NCBI GenBank assembly: GCA_963716475.1
Contig: OY970314.1
Location: 854,508-918,507, forward strand
DNA length: 64,000 nucleotides
From: Candidatus Woesebacteria bacterium
GTDB taxonomy: Bacteria; Patescibacteriota; Microgenomatia; UBA8517
Reading direction: 5' to 3'
Shown: one piece after another, positions 17,244 through 27,754 of the stretch
Numbering within the stretch: the stretch's first letter is position 1
Layout of the letters: the number at the start of each line of letters is the position of its first letter
Translations under genes and position numbers: made by a program
Notes under the pieces: model-generated
Database searches by the model: none
Seen by the model: the letters and a program-made list of their open reading frames with translations, nothing else
What the model was told of the DNA's origin: nothing

Positions 17244-17325
17244 GAGGAGTCACCTAGCGGCTATGGTACGCGCTTGGAAAGCGCGCGGGCGTAAGCCCTC
17301 GCGGGTTCGAGTCCCGCCTCCTCCG
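17244..17325 (+). tRNA. tRNA-Ser (anticodon GGA)
   Basis: GGAGGAGTCACCTAGCGGCTATGGTACGCGCTTGGAAAGCGCGCGGGCGTAAGCCCTCGCGGGTTCGAGTCCCGCCTCCTCCG. Long variable arm. Its 5' end (TCTGGAGGAGTCAC) is duplicated at about 17147-17161. Confidence 0.8.
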
Positions 17326-17329
17326 CCCA

Positions 17330-18031
17330 ATGCGGGCAATTTTTCTTAACTCCTGGTTTGGGAAAGTTGGAAAACCGTTTTTTGATTTCATTAAAAGTGA
17401 ATCTCCAAAAACGGATATTTTTTGTTTTATGGAGTTTACTCCGGAGCTTGCTGTCAAGGTGTCCAAAATATTAAAAAACTACAATTGTTTTGTCGAAAAA
17501 GGCGCATTTTTTAAATCGTTTAAGGTTACTGATTGCCAAGTCATTTTTACAAAGGGAAATCTGGAAATATTGTCATCTGGTAGACTGGCTCTTACTACAA
17601 ATTTGACCGTATCAACCGGTTATGCTTCCTATATCACTTTCAAAAAACAAGGAAGAATTGTTAATCTCTTGAATGTTCACGGTAAATCCCTACCCGGGCA
17701 CAAAATGGACACGCCGACGAGACTTAAACAATCGAAAACAATAATAGATTTTTTGAAGGCCAAAAGCGGTCCAAAGGTAATCGGAGGGGATTTTAATTTA
17801 ATGCCGGATACAAAAAGCATTGCGATGTTTGAAAATGCCGGCTATAGAAATCTAATTAAGGACTTTGGGGTTAAAAATACCAGAAACAAACTTTCCTGGA
17901 GGCAATTTAATAATCTCCAGTATTTTGCCGATTTTGTGTTTGTCTCAAAGGAAGTAAAAGTAAATAAGTTTGAAGTTCCCTATATGGAGATTTCGGACCA
18001 CTTGCCTCAAATTTTAGATTTTGAGGTTTAA
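17330..18031 (+). CDS. Endonuclease/exonuclease/phosphatase (EEP) family protein
   Basis: GGDFNLMPD and C-terminal ISDHLP motifs of the DNase I-like EEP fold. Confidence 0.6.
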   Translation: MRAIFLNSWFGKVGKPFFDFIKSESPKTDIFCFMEFTPELAVKVSKILKNYNCFVEKGAFFKSFKVTDCQVIFTKGNLEILSSGRLALTTNLTVSTGYASYITFKKQGRIVNLLNVHGKSLPGHKMDTPTRLKQSKTIIDFLKAKSGPKVIGGDFNLMPDTKSIAMFENAGYRNLIKDFGVKNTRNKLSWRQFNNLQYFADFVFVSKEVKVNKFEVPYMEISDHLPQILDFEV

Positions 18032-18039
18032 AACCCTAA

Positions 18040-19548
18040 ATGAAGAACCCAAAATATTTTAAATATGCTTTCTATTTAATAATCGGCCTATTTGTGTTTT
18101 ATAGGGCGCTGTCTTTTCTGGATCCGGACTTCGGCTGGCATTTGACCATGGGGAACCTGATATTAAAGTCAGGGATTCCGAAAACCGACCCTTTTTCCTA
18201 TACAATGCCCTCTTTTCCTTTTATCGAGTATGAGTGGCTGGTCGACGTTGTCCTTGCAAAAATGTATCCGATCCTCGGCTTAGCCGGAATATCAATATTG
18301 TTTTCGGTCCTTTTTTTGTCGGCGGTTCTTGTTTCCGTATCCAAATCAAAAAAATTTAAGATCACACTTTTCATTATTGGAATTTCCTCAATGATTCCGT
18401 TTTTTTCAGTTTCACCGAAGATTTTTTCCTGGTTACTGCTTTCGATATTTACTTTTGCTGTATTAAATGAAACCTTTTGGGAAAAATATTGGCTGCTCAC
18501 TCCATTAATAATTATTTTATGGGCAAATTTACACGGGAGCTTTCCCGAAGCTTTAGTCATTCTGCTGGTTATTTTAATTTGTAAAAGTTTCAGGGAAAAA
18601 CGTATTTGGGTGAAAGGGCTACTGGTAACGTTTTTAAGTTTTTTGGCTACCATGGTTAACCCTTACGGACTTAAACTTTGGTCGCTTGTTTGGGTGACCA
18701 TTTCTAACCCCGTTCTTAAGTACAGAATTGAGGAATGGCAGCCAACATATTTGAATTTGTTCGCATTCTCTTTTCTGGCCATTTTTTTATTTACAATCTC
18801 CCTGGTCTTTATTTCCAGATATTGGCGTAGGTTTAGGACAGAGGAAATACTTTTGAACTTTATATTTTTTATTCAGGCAATTCTTGCCGTTAGAATGATT
18901 CCTTACTGGGTTCTAATTGATCTGCCAATGATTGCGGTGGCGATAGAATACTTTGCCGGAGAGATAGCAGGAAGCAGGATCGGGAAAAAAAGATTTCTGA
19001 TTTTTTCCAAGGCTGCACTTCTCTTCGTCGGTATCGGTTTTGTTTCTCAGTGTCTCATTAATGCCTTTCTTTATTCAAATTCCCATAAGGAGGACCTTTT
19101 TTATCCTAAAAAGGCCGTTTTGTATTTGAAAGAGAACCTTCCGAAAGGCCAACTTTTTTCCGAATACAATTGGGGAGGATATCTGATTTGGAAACTGCCG
19201 GAAAAGAAAGTTTTTATCAGCGGAATGATGCCTGTTTGGAAATGGCAGGCGGACGTCCCCGGCGAATCAAACGATGCGATGACCGACTATCTTGATATGT
19301 CAGAAGGTAAAATTTCGTATCAGGTAGTTTTTAATAAATACAAAATAGACACAGCTTTATTGTCGATGCCGGAAGATCCCGGGCCGATAATCAAATTCTC
19401 TGAAAAATTTGCGTCTTTTCTAGGAATTCCGACAAGCGTTAATGCAAAAAGCCTGCTATATGGTGAGCTGGAAAAAGACGGTTGGACGCAATTGTATAAA
19501 GATAACTCTTCAGTTATTTTAAAAAGTCCTCACCCCGAAAACCTTTGA
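18040..19548 (+). CDS. Polytopic membrane protein (~11 TM) with C-terminal extracytoplasmic domain; possible GT-C-type glycosyltransferase or polymerase
   Basis: 502 aa, very hydrophobic N-terminal 370 aa, soluble C-terminal ~130 aa. No definitive motif. Confidence 0.3.
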   Translation: MKNPKYFKYAFYLIIGLFVFYRALSFLDPDFGWHLTMGNLILKSGIPKTDPFSYTMPSFPFIEYEWLVDVVLAKMYPILGLAGISILFSVLFLSAVLVSVSKSKKFKITLFIIGISSMIPFFSVSPKIFSWLLLSIFTFAVLNETFWEKYWLLTPLIIILWANLHGSFPEALVILLVILICKSFREKRIWVKGLLVTFLSFLATMVNPYGLKLWSLVWVTISNPVLKYRIEEWQPTYLNLFAFSFLAIFLFTISLVFISRYWRRFRTEEILLNFIFFIQAILAVRMIPYWVLIDLPMIAVAIEYFAGEIAGSRIGKKRFLIFSKAALLFVGIGFVSQCLINAFLYSNSHKEDLFYPKKAVLYLKENLPKGQLFSEYNWGGYLIWKLPEKKVFISGMMPVWKWQADVPGESNDAMTDYLDMSEGKISYQVVFNKYKIDTALLSMPEDPGPIIKFSEKFASFLGIPTSVNAKSLLYGELEKDGWTQLYKDNSSVILKSPHPENL

Positions 19549-19572
19549 GAAACGAATCTTCATATTTGCTGG

Positions 19573-20670
19573 TTATATTTTAACTGATTTTAAACTTGAC
19601 CCGACGTTACAGTTGAACTTCCAAGGCATGAGAATTTTCATTAACCGATAAACCCACGCCGGAATGTGGGGATTAGAGCAGGTAAAAACGGGGCTTTTCA
19701 GCCATCCCGGTGGGTTATTGTGTGGTGCGGGTGTTGATAACGGAGTAGGAAACGGTGTTGGCACCATGGTGGGGGATTCTGTCGGAGAAGGCTTAGGAGT
19801 TTCGGTTGGCGTCGGGGAGGGCGACTCTTCTGGAGTGGAAGTAGCAGGAGCGGGTGTGGTTACCGGAGTTGGCGATTCACTTGGAACGGGTGTTGGTGTT
19901 TCGGTGGGGATGGGAGTTGGCATTTCGGTCGGCGTAGCGGTTGCAATCTCCGTAGGTGTTGGAGACGGAGTTTCTGTAGGCAATTCGGTTGGAAGTGCTG
20001 TGGGTGTGGCTGTTGGCGTTTCTGTTGGTATCGGCGTTTCCGTGGGCGAGGGTGTAGGACTTTCACTCGGAGACGGACTTGGCGATGGAGTTACGATGTG
20101 AGACTGAGAGTTACGAGGGTCAGATGGTGTTAGAAGTTCAAAATCTGAGGAGTTGTTATCCGTATCCGAAATCCTTTTTATACTTCCATTTGGTAAAGGA
20201 TTGTTCGGAAACAGAGATCCTAAATAGTCTTTTGCCGTACCAAAACCGACTTTATCCATTAAAGTCGATCCGGCATTACCATAAAGTAGGACAGTATAGT
20301 TGTTTGTCAAATTGTAACTTGGGGCAGAGTAGTGTGTATCAGCGGTAACGCTACCATTATACCCGTCACCGTCCTCGATAAGAAAAAATCCAAAAGCCGG
20401 TACGGTTCCGTTTAAAGCTAAAACAAGATTTGCTTCGGTTCCTGAACTGTTTTTTCTTGTGAGTTTCCAATTGTTCATAGTAACCGGTAAATTGGTTGGA
20501 TTATAAAGTTCCACAAATTCATCATCCGAAGCGTTGAGGCCGTCTCCGAAAATCTGGATCTGTGAGATCAGAACATGGCTGCCGGCGCCTTTTATAGGAC
20601 CTGAACGTAAAAAGAAAATTACTGCTAGAATTAAAATAGAAAGAAGGATAATATAAAGTCTCTTTAACAT
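19573..20670 (-). CDS. Secreted lamin-tail-domain (LTD) protein with Pro/Thr/Glu-rich linker
   Basis: Signal/TM N-terminus, an LTD-like block (LISQIQIFGDGLNASDDEFVELYNPTNLPVTMNNWKL...), then the low-complexity SPSPSPSPSESPTPSPTETPIPTETPTATPT... Confidence 0.55.
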   Translation of the reverse strand: MLKRLYIILLSILILAVIFFLRSGPIKGAGSHVLISQIQIFGDGLNASDDEFVELYNPTNLPVTMNNWKLTRKNSSGTEANLVLALNGTVPAFGFFLIEDGDGYNGSVTADTHYSAPSYNLTNNYTVLLYGNAGSTLMDKVGFGTAKDYLGSLFPNNPLPNGSIKRISDTDNNSSDFELLTPSDPRNSQSHIVTPSPSPSPSESPTPSPTETPIPTETPTATPTALPTELPTETPSPTPTEIATATPTEMPTPIPTETPTPVPSESPTPVTTPAPATSTPEESPSPTPTETPKPSPTESPTMVPTPFPTPLSTPAPHNNPPGWLKSPVFTCSNPHIPAWVYRLMKILMPWKFNCNVGSSLKSVKI

Positions 20671-20766
20671 ATACTAAGTTTAGAAACTGTAATATATATT
20701 TGTCAATTAAATCTTTTTATATCATTTCATCTTTTCTTCGGGTGAGGATGATATAATCGAACCAAG

Positions 20767-22569
20767 ATGAACAACCAAATTGAAGAAGTTAAGTCAAGAA
20801 CAGATATAGTATCAATAATCGGAGAAAGAATTGAACTTAAAAAAGCCGGTAGGAATTTTAAATCTTCCTGTCCTTTCCACGGAGAAAAAACCCCTTCTTT
20901 TATGGTTTCTCCCGAACTCCAAATATTTAAATGTTTCGGCTGCGGTGAGGCGGGGGACGTTTATGCTTTCCTGGAGAAATATGAAGGGATGGAGTTTGGG
21001 GAAGCTTTAAAGTTTCTTGCCGACAGAGCCGGGATTAAGCTTGAAAGAACAAAGTTCGGAGAGTCTTCCGAAAAAGAAAAACTTGTTGAAATCAACACCC
21101 AGGTTGTACGTTTTTATAATTATTTGCTCCTAGAGCACCCGGTTGGGGTGAAGGCGCTCGAATATCTGGAGAAGCAAAGAGGCTTAAAAAAGGAGACAAT
21201 AGAGGAATTTAAATTAGGCTTTTCTCCTGAAAATTCTTACGCATTAAAAAAATTCCTTGTTGATAAGAAGAAATTCTTGCCAACCGAAATTGAGAAAGCA
21301 GGAGTAGGAATTCCCCGTGGACAGGAACTTTACGACAGATTTAACGGCAGAGTAATATTTCCGCTTTTTGATCACCGGGGGAACCCGATCGGTTTTGCAG
21401 GCAGGGTTTTGCCCTGGGATAAACGGGAAACGGGTAAATATATAAACTCTCCCGAAACACCGCTTTATCATAAAAGTAATGTTCTCTACGGACTTAATCT
21501 GACCAGGGGATTTATCAAGAAGAAGAAAGTTGCGATTGTTGTTGAGGGAGAACTCGATCTAATTTCTTCATGGCAGGCGGGAATAAAGAATATTGTTGCA
21601 ATCAAGGGGTCAGCATTAACCGACGAACAAGTGAAGCTCCTGTCACGCTTTGCCCAAAAGTTTATTCTGGCACTTGATAGTGATATGGCGGGAGACGCGG
21701 CAGCCCGGCGCGGAATTAAGGTCGCAAGCGATATTGGAGTTGAGGTTAAGGTCGCAAGGATAACAGGTTTTAAAGATCCTGATGAAGCGGCCAGGGGAAA
21801 TATAGAAAGCTATAAAAAGGATTTGATTGCAGCGGAAGGTGTTTATGATTATTTTATTGACTCGGTTTTTGCTAGAGTTGACCCTGAAAGCGGAGCCGGA
21901 AAATCCAAAATTTCAAAAGAAATAATTCCGATTTTAGGTGAAATTGGAGACAAAATTGTCCAGTCGCATTATGCCAATGTTGTAGCCAGAAAACTTGGAG
22001 TTCCGCTTGAGGCAGTACTGGAAGAGCTTGCTAAAATTTCGGATAAAAGTACGGTTAATCCTGAGAATACTCCTTCATTTAAATCTTCGGAAGGAACTGT
22101 CAAACGGGAAGTTTTAGAAGAAAGACTCTTAACTCTGGCTTTTCAGTCTGACCCAAAAATACTTCTTTCCGGGAAGGGCACAGGTCTTATTACGTTGCCT
22201 CTAAATAAGAGACTGGTGGAAGAGTATGTTAAATTTGATACCGGTAAGGCATTTAATGTGACGGAATTTGGTAAAAGCCTGCCTGCTGAACTTTTTGACG
22301 GGTTTTCCAAAATGGTACTCAGTGACAACCAGAATTTACTGGACAACCCCGATGAACTAACTCGGGAGTTGGATTTAGTCAAAAAAGAGCTTAAAATACA
22401 TACTGTAAAAGAAAAGCTTAAGCTTTTGGCCTCTCAAATGCGGGAGACGGAAGAAAATGGCGACAAAGAGAAGCTTCTTGCGGCTCAAAATGAATTTAAC
22501 AAACTCGCCAGATCACTTTCCGGTTACGAAGAAGAAACGGGAGGAGGCTTAATTCTAAATGAGGAGTAA
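20767..22569 (+). CDS. dnaG: DNA primase DnaG
   Basis: CHC2 zinc finger (CPFHGEKTPSFMV...FKCFGCGEAGDVYAF), TOPRIM (VAIVVEGELDLIS). 600 aa. An extended -10 TGaTATAAT lies upstream at about 20745. Confidence 0.9.
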   Translation: MNNQIEEVKSRTDIVSIIGERIELKKAGRNFKSSCPFHGEKTPSFMVSPELQIFKCFGCGEAGDVYAFLEKYEGMEFGEALKFLADRAGIKLERTKFGESSEKEKLVEINTQVVRFYNYLLLEHPVGVKALEYLEKQRGLKKETIEEFKLGFSPENSYALKKFLVDKKKFLPTEIEKAGVGIPRGQELYDRFNGRVIFPLFDHRGNPIGFAGRVLPWDKRETGKYINSPETPLYHKSNVLYGLNLTRGFIKKKKVAIVVEGELDLISSWQAGIKNIVAIKGSALTDEQVKLLSRFAQKFILALDSDMAGDAAARRGIKVASDIGVEVKVARITGFKDPDEAARGNIESYKKDLIAAEGVYDYFIDSVFARVDPESGAGKSKISKEIIPILGEIGDKIVQSHYANVVARKLGVPLEAVLEELAKISDKSTVNPENTPSFKSSEGTVKREVLEERLLTLAFQSDPKILLSGKGTGLITLPLNKRLVEEYVKFDTGKAFNVTEFGKSLPAELFDGFSKMVLSDNQNLLDNPDELTRELDLVKKELKIHTVKEKLKLLASQMRETEENGDKEKLLAAQNEFNKLARSLSGYEEETGGGLILNEE

Positions 22570-22651
22570 AATGATTGCGATCACCTGCTTCGCCCACATC
22601 TTGATGTGGGCTCAAGAGGTATGATAGATAGCAAATCATGTACTACGTAAT

Positions 22652-23731
22652 ATGATTCGAAAACCAGTTCTGGATTTGATAAAAAAAGGCCGTGATCAGG
22701 GTTTTTTAACCCAGGAAGATATCATGGAAGTTTTTCCTGACGCTGAAGAAAGGGTTCCGGAACTCGATGATTTCTACGAGAAGCTTTTGGCCGAAGGAAT
22801 AGACGTTTTTGAATCGGTAACCCCCGGGGAGATTGAAAGTGACGAAAAGGCCAAAGAAAAACTTGACCGTGAGATTGAGCTTCTGACCAAACTCGAAGGA
22901 ATAGAATCTACAGACCCCGTCAGGCAATATCTCAGAGAAATCGGTCGGGTTCCTCTTCTTTTGGCAGAGGATGAAGTTGAACTTGCAAAAAGATACGAGA
23001 AGGCTGACAAAAAGGCAAAGGACAAACTCACCGAGAGTAACTTAAGGCTTGTGGTTTCAATTGCCAAGAAATATATAGGCCGCGGCCTTTCCCTTCTGGA
23101 CCTTATCCAGGAAGGGAATCAGGGGCTAATCCGTGCTGTTGAGAAATACGACTGGAGGAAAGGTTACAAATTTTCAACTTATGCAACCTGGTGGATCAGG
23201 CAAGCAATCACCCGTGCCATTGCCGACCAGGCCCGCACAATCAGAATTCCGGTTCACATGGTCGAAACAATAAACAAAATTTATAGGACCAGCAGGCGTC
23301 TGATGCAGGAACTTGGCAGGGAGCCTACTCCTGAGGAAATCGGGGAAGAACTGGAATTGGAGGGTGACCGGGTTAGGGAGATTTTCAAAATTGCCCAGGA
23401 GACGACTTCTCTGGAAGCCCCGGTCGGGGAAGACCAGGAAAGCTTTTTGGGAGATTTTATTCCGGATGAAAATACTCTTTCACCCGTTGACCAGGCCAGT
23501 AAGCAGCTTTTGAAGGATCACTTGGAGGAAGTTCTTGGAACATTATCTGAAAGAGAAGCCAAGGTTTTAAAACTCAGATTTGGTCTCGAGGGTAGTAAGG
23601 CAATGACTCTTGAGGAAGTCGGTAAGGTTTTTGGGGTCACCCGTGAACGTATACGTCAGATTGAAGCAAAGGCCTTGAGAAAACTTAAACATCCTTCCCG
23701 CCGCAAGAAACTTCAGGATTATTTGGATTAG
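22652..23731 (+). CDS. rpoD: RNA polymerase sigma-70 factor RpoD
   Basis: [16 protein letters not shown] (region 1.2), [50 protein letters not shown] (regions 2.1-2.4), and a region 4 HTH. Classic dnaG-rpoD arrangement. Confidence 0.9.
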   Translation: MIRKPVLDLIKKGRDQGFLTQEDIMEVFPDAEERVPELDDFYEKLLAEGIDVFESVTPGEIESDEKAKEKLDREIELLTKLEGIESTDPVRQYLREIGRVPLLLAEDEVELAKRYEKADKKAKDKLTESNLRLVVSIAKKYIGRGLSLLDLIQEGNQGLIRAVEKYDWRKGYKFSTYATWWIRQAITRAIADQARTIRIPVHMVETINKIYRTSRRLMQELGREPTPEEIGEELELEGDRVREIFKIAQETTSLEAPVGEDQESFLGDFIPDENTLSPVDQASKQLLKDHLEEVLGTLSEREAKVLKLRFGLEGSKAMTLEEVGKVFGVTRERIRQIEAKALRKLKHPSRRKKLQDYLD

Positions 23732-24741
23732 AGGTTATATCTCTCTTTAATCTTAGGGAGCAGGTATTCTTCGAAGGTCTTTTTGAAATCGTATTCAGGT
23801 TTCCAGCCCCAGTCTTTTTGGGCGAGGGTGTCGTCAACATCCTCCGGCCAGGAATCAACAATGCCTTGTCTGATTTTATTCACTTTGTAAGTGATTTTTG
23901 TGCCGGGGAAAAGCTTATGGGCTTCTTTTTCGATATCTTCTGCCGAGGGGCTAAAACCACGGACATTGTAAATTTGTGTAGTAAGTACTTTCTTTGGCTT
24001 TTCGGCGAGAGTGATGATTGCACGGACGGCATCGTGCATAGCCATAAAAGGAATTTTGGTATCCGGTCTGACGAAGCATTCATAGTCTTTACCTTGAGCG
24101 GCCATATGAATCATCTCGGGCCCATAATCACTGGTTCCACCGGAGGGGATGGTATCGGGGGAGAGTAACCCCGGAAATCTTACACATCTGAAATCAATTA
24201 GTTTGTCTCTGTCTATTTCCGCAAGCATTTGATAGTTTTTGGAAAAATAAACTCCCAAGTTTTCCGTAAAGATTTTTGTAATTCCGTAAATTGTTGTCGG
24301 ATCGGTAAATTCATTCTCTTTGACCTTTCCGGCCCTTTTCTTCGTTTTTAAATCGGGCATGCCGTAAGCGGCGATAGAGCTTGGGAAAATAAATTTAACA
24401 GACTTTTTAGAAAAAATGGCCTGTCGGGTGGCTAATTCAAGAACATTAATTGATCCGGTTACATTTACATTAATTGCGGCTTCAGGATTTTTTTCTCCAC
24501 CGGTTGAGAGTATAGAAGCCAGGTGAAAGATAGTATCAAATTGATGTTTTTCAAAAACTTTTTCGAGAGAGTCCTTGTCGGTTACGTCAACAATATAAAA
24601 CTTGTCGCACCACTTCTTGGACTGAGAAGAGAGATCATTGAGGCTGGTGGCAACTACAAAATTTTTCTTGTTTTTTTTAAGCTCGCGAATTAGTGTAAAT
24701 CCGACTTCACCACCGACACCGGTAATGAGAATTTGATTCAT
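23728..24741 (-). CDS. tdh: NAD-dependent epimerase/dehydratase family protein, probably L-threonine 3-dehydrogenase
   Basis: Rossmann motif [11 protein letters not shown]. Forms a 4-nt overlapping operon with kbl, the known tdh-kbl pairing for the epimerase-like TDH type. Confidence 0.5.
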   Translation of the reverse strand: MNQILITGVGGEVGFTLIRELKKNKKNFVVATSLNDLSSQSKKWCDKFYIVDVTDKDSLEKVFEKHQFDTIFHLASILSTGGEKNPEAAINVNVTGSINVLELATRQAIFSKKSVKFIFPSSIAAYGMPDLKTKKRAGKVKENEFTDPTTIYGITKIFTENLGVYFSKNYQMLAEIDRDKLIDFRCVRFPGLLSPDTIPSGGTSDYGPEMIHMAAQGKDYECFVRPDTKIPFMAMHDAVRAIITLAEKPKKVLTTQIYNVRGFSPSAEDIEKEAHKLFPGTKITYKVNKIRQGIVDSWPEDVDDTLAQKDWGWKPEYDFKKTFEEYLLPKIKERYNL

Positions 24742-25928
24742 ATTACCTTGAGTTTTTTGCCAACTTTTGCAAAAATTTTGAGGGCGCGATCGAGGTGTGC
24801 TTTTGTGTGTCCCGCAGAGTTCATAATTCTGATTCTGGCCTTGCCTTGGGCGACCGTCGGGTAAACTATTGCTTTTGCAAAAAGTCCCTCCGAAAACAGC
24901 TCTTTGCTGAAATCCTGTGCCAGCTTCGAATCCCCGAGCATCAGGGGAATAATGGGTGAGATACTTGTCCCCGTATCAAAGCCAAGGCGCTTGAGACCGG
25001 CTCTTAAGTAGTCGGCATTTTTCCAGAGTGTTTTAACTAAGCCTCCGGATTTAGTCAAAAGCTTTACTGCCGCGATACATGCTGCCACATCCGGAATTGT
25101 CATGGCCGAACTAAAAAGGAAAGGCCTGCCGCGCTGGGAGAGCCACTCAATTACCTCGGTTTTACCGGCGACGATTCCGCCGACAACGCCGAAAGCCTTG
25201 CTCATTGTTCCGACTTCGACATCCACTTTTCCATGAAGCCTAAAATGATCTACGATTCCCCGGCCTGAATCTCCCAGGACCCCTTCCCCGTGAGCATCAT
25301 CAACCATTAGCATTGCTCCGTATTTGGAAGTAACCGCGTAAATTTTATCCAGGGGAGCGATATCTCCGTCCATGGAAAACACTCCATCTGTGATAACCAA
25401 TTTTTTAACCTTCGGATCGGCAACCTTTAGTTTTTCTTCCAAATCGGCAGGATTAATGTGGGCATATCTGATCACTTCTGCCTTACTCAGCCGGCAGCCA
25501 TCAATAATACTGGCGTGATTGAGCTCGTCTGAGAAAATTAAATCTCCTTCACCGACTAAGGCGGGGATGACGGCAAGATTTGCCGAAAATCCGCTTTGAA
25601 ATGTGATTACAGCCTCTGTTTTCTTAAATTTGGCAAGGACGGTTTCAAGTTCTTTATGCAAGACTGTTGTTCCGGCAATGGTACGAACTGCGGCAGGGCC
25701 GATTCCGTATTTTTTGATAGCCTCGATGGCCGCCCTTTTCATTTCGGGGTTATTGGCCAGGCCCAGATAGTTATTTGAGCAGAAATTGAGAACTTTTTTG
25801 CCGTTTACGACCATTTCCGGTCCCACCGCGCTTCCAATGGTCAGGATATTGTTATAAAGATGTTGTTTCTTGAGATCGTCAACTTGTTTTTTTATCCAGT
25901 CTGTAGACATGAGGTGATTATACAACAC
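24738..25928 (-). CDS. kbl: 2-amino-3-ketobutyrate CoA ligase (glycine C-acetyltransferase), PLP-dependent
   Basis: 396 aa. Class II aminotransferase/AONS family with PLP lysine context [12 protein letters not shown]. Confidence 0.7.
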   Translation of the reverse strand: MLYNHLMSTDWIKKQVDDLKKQHLYNNILTIGSAVGPEMVVNGKKVLNFCSNNYLGLANNPEMKRAAIEAIKKYGIGPAAVRTIAGTTVLHKELETVLAKFKKTEAVITFQSGFSANLAVIPALVGEGDLIFSDELNHASIIDGCRLSKAEVIRYAHINPADLEEKLKVADPKVKKLVITDGVFSMDGDIAPLDKIYAVTSKYGAMLMVDDAHGEGVLGDSGRGIVDHFRLHGKVDVEVGTMSKAFGVVGGIVAGKTEVIEWLSQRGRPFLFSSAMTIPDVAACIAAVKLLTKSGGLVKTLWKNADYLRAGLKRLGFDTGTSISPIIPLMLGDSKLAQDFSKELFSEGLFAKAIVYPTVAQGKARIRIMNSAGHTKAHLDRALKIFAKVGKKLKVI

Positions 25929-25968
25929 CAGTGAAAAATTGGTATAATTGGCTTCGGAATACGAGATA

Positions 25969-26041
25969 TTCCCCGGTAGCTCAGCGGTAGAGCGGATTCC
26001 TGTTAAGAATAAGGTCGCTGGTCCGAATCCAGCCCGGGGAG
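25969..26041 (+). tRNA. tRNA-Asn (anticodon GTT)
   Basis: TCCCCGGTAGCTCAGCGGTAGAGCGGATTCCTGTTAAGAATAAGGTCGCTGGTCCGAATCCAGCCCGGGGAG. U1-A72, as in bacterial tRNA-Asn. Confidence 0.8.
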
Positions 26042-26053
26042 CTGAGGCTGAAA

Positions 26054-26902
26054 TTGGGTACCTGTTTTGGTCTTATTATAACTAGTTGCTGTATAATTGG
26101 TTCTGTGATTAAAGATATTAGAGTTGTTGCTATTCAGGCAAAGGTTCCCAAATCTAAAGACGAAGGAGAAAGTCAGATTAAAAGACTTGTCGCAAAGGTT
26201 GTAAAAGAGCCAGTGGACATGGTTGGTTTGCCTGAAGATTGTGTTGCGTCATACGACGAGATTAGGTCTGGTTATGATGCTCTAAAGTTTCTTGCTTCAG
26301 TAGCAAAAGAAAATAAAGTTTATCTTTTTGGTGCTACCGCTGTTTTAGAAAAAGATGGTTTGCACAATCGAGGCTTCCTGTTCGACAGGGAAGGGGGTTT
26401 AATATCTACTCACGATAAGATAGTTCTAACTCCAACTGAAGAGAAAGAGATTATTCCTGGAAACACCCTCGAAGTATTTGATACCGAGTTTGGAAAAATG
26501 GCCATCTTAGTCTGCAAAGACTCATTTCATCGTTATGCAGCTTGGTTTTTTGATAAGTTAAAGAAGGCTGGGGCAGATATAATATTAATCCCTTCTTATT
26601 CCCTAAATGTTTCGAAAAGGTCTGTTGAGCTTTGGGTTGACTCACTTAAAGCTTTAGCCAAGTGGTTTGATGTTTATATAGTTGCTCCTGGAACAATAGG
26701 ACCCAATGCCACAGATTTTCCTTCATTCGGCCACGCCTTAATTGTTTGTCCTAATCGAGTTATTTTGAAAGAGGGTTCTTTTGATAACGAAGAAGTATTA
26801 AGAGCAACTCTTGATGTTAAATCTCTGGAAGAGATAAGAAGCACCTATGGTTCTAAGTGGCAGCCAAAAGAAGTTCCTAATGTCGAAGTCATATCGAAAT
26901 GA
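26054..26902 (+). CDS. Carbon-nitrogen hydrolase (nitrilase superfamily) protein
   Basis: 282 aa with a CN-hydrolase-like layout including [10 protein letters not shown] (catalytic Cys context). Confidence 0.45.
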   Translation: MGTCFGLIITSCCIIGSVIKDIRVVAIQAKVPKSKDEGESQIKRLVAKVVKEPVDMVGLPEDCVASYDEIRSGYDALKFLASVAKENKVYLFGATAVLEKDGLHNRGFLFDREGGLISTHDKIVLTPTEEKEIIPGNTLEVFDTEFGKMAILVCKDSFHRYAAWFFDKLKKAGADIILIPSYSLNVSKRSVELWVDSLKALAKWFDVYIVAPGTIGPNATDFPSFGHALIVCPNRVILKEGSFDNEEVLRATLDVKSLEEIRSTYGSKWQPKEVPNVEVISK

Positions 26903-26908
26903 CAAATA

Positions 26909-27523
26909 ATGAAAACTACAAATATGGTAGATAAAACAGTTGAATATTACGACAGAGAAGCGGAAAAGTGGGCCTCTGCCCATCGTGGTTATGAAGAAAA
27001 GTCATATTGGCAAGACGAAATGACAAAGTTCCGCACACTTCTACCTTCTGGCAAGGTTTTGGAGGTTGGTTCAGGTACAGGAAAAGATGCTTCTGCCTTG
27101 ATTTCTTTGGGATATGATTATACAGGGACAGATGCCTCGGAGGGTTTACTTAAAATCGCCAGAAAAAGAAATCCAAGTGCAAAGTTTGAACATATGGCTG
27201 TACACAACCTAGATTTTCCAGAGGGAGAGTTTGATGGGTTTTGGACCGCTGCAACCCTACTTCATATACCAAAAGATAGAATCGATGGTGCGTTAACAAG
27301 TATAAAGAATGTGGTAAAACCAGAGGGTTTGGGTTTTATCTCCATGAAGAATGGCGAAGGGGAAAGGACAGACCCTGAAACTGGCCGATGGTTCTCTTAC
27401 TACTCGCAAGATGGGTTTCATGAGGTGTTGGAAAGAAATGGTTTTGAAATTGTCGACCAGACCACTCGACAGGGAGAGAAAGACTTATGGCTCATTTTCT
27501 ATGTCAGAACAGCGAAAGCTTGA
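26909..27523 (+). CDS. Class I SAM-dependent methyltransferase
   Basis: Motif I VLEVGSGTGKDA. Confidence 0.7.
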   Translation: MKTTNMVDKTVEYYDREAEKWASAHRGYEEKSYWQDEMTKFRTLLPSGKVLEVGSGTGKDASALISLGYDYTGTDASEGLLKIARKRNPSAKFEHMAVHNLDFPEGEFDGFWTAATLLHIPKDRIDGALTSIKNVVKPEGLGFISMKNGEGERTDPETGRWFSYYSQDGFHEVLERNGFEIVDQTTRQGEKDLWLIFYVRTAKA

Positions 27524-27534
27524 GAATTTTGTAG

Positions 27535-27646
27535 TTTCTTAATTTCTTCCCATTTACTCCTAATAGACTCCATTTGAACAGTATCCTGCAAGGCTAAAAA
27601 TATCCTATCCAAGGCTGATATAATAATTTCAGAGCTGGGGAGCATT
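27535..27646 (+). repeat. Intergenic ~110-bp repeat, copy 1 (promoter-bearing)
   Basis: TTTCTTAATTTCTTCCCATTTACTCC...TTGAACAGTATCCTGCAAGGCTAAAAATATCCTATCCAAGGCTGATATAAT...GGGGAG, about 85% identical to copies 2 and 3. Confidence 0.7.
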
Positions 27647-27754
27647 TTTCTACAGATTTCTTCGGATCTGGTAACCCACGAATACAGGTCGTTTCATGCA
27701 TCAAATGTAAATAGCACTTGACATTATGTAAAAGATGTTATACTATTCCCATAT

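Noticed and set aside
19664-20101. 145-aa Gly/Val-rich plus-strand ORF
   Set aside because: It lies entirely within, and antisense to, the PT-rich linker of the LTD gene (19573-20670). Translation of the complementary strand of (S/T/E)P repeats yields G/V-rich artefact ORFs.
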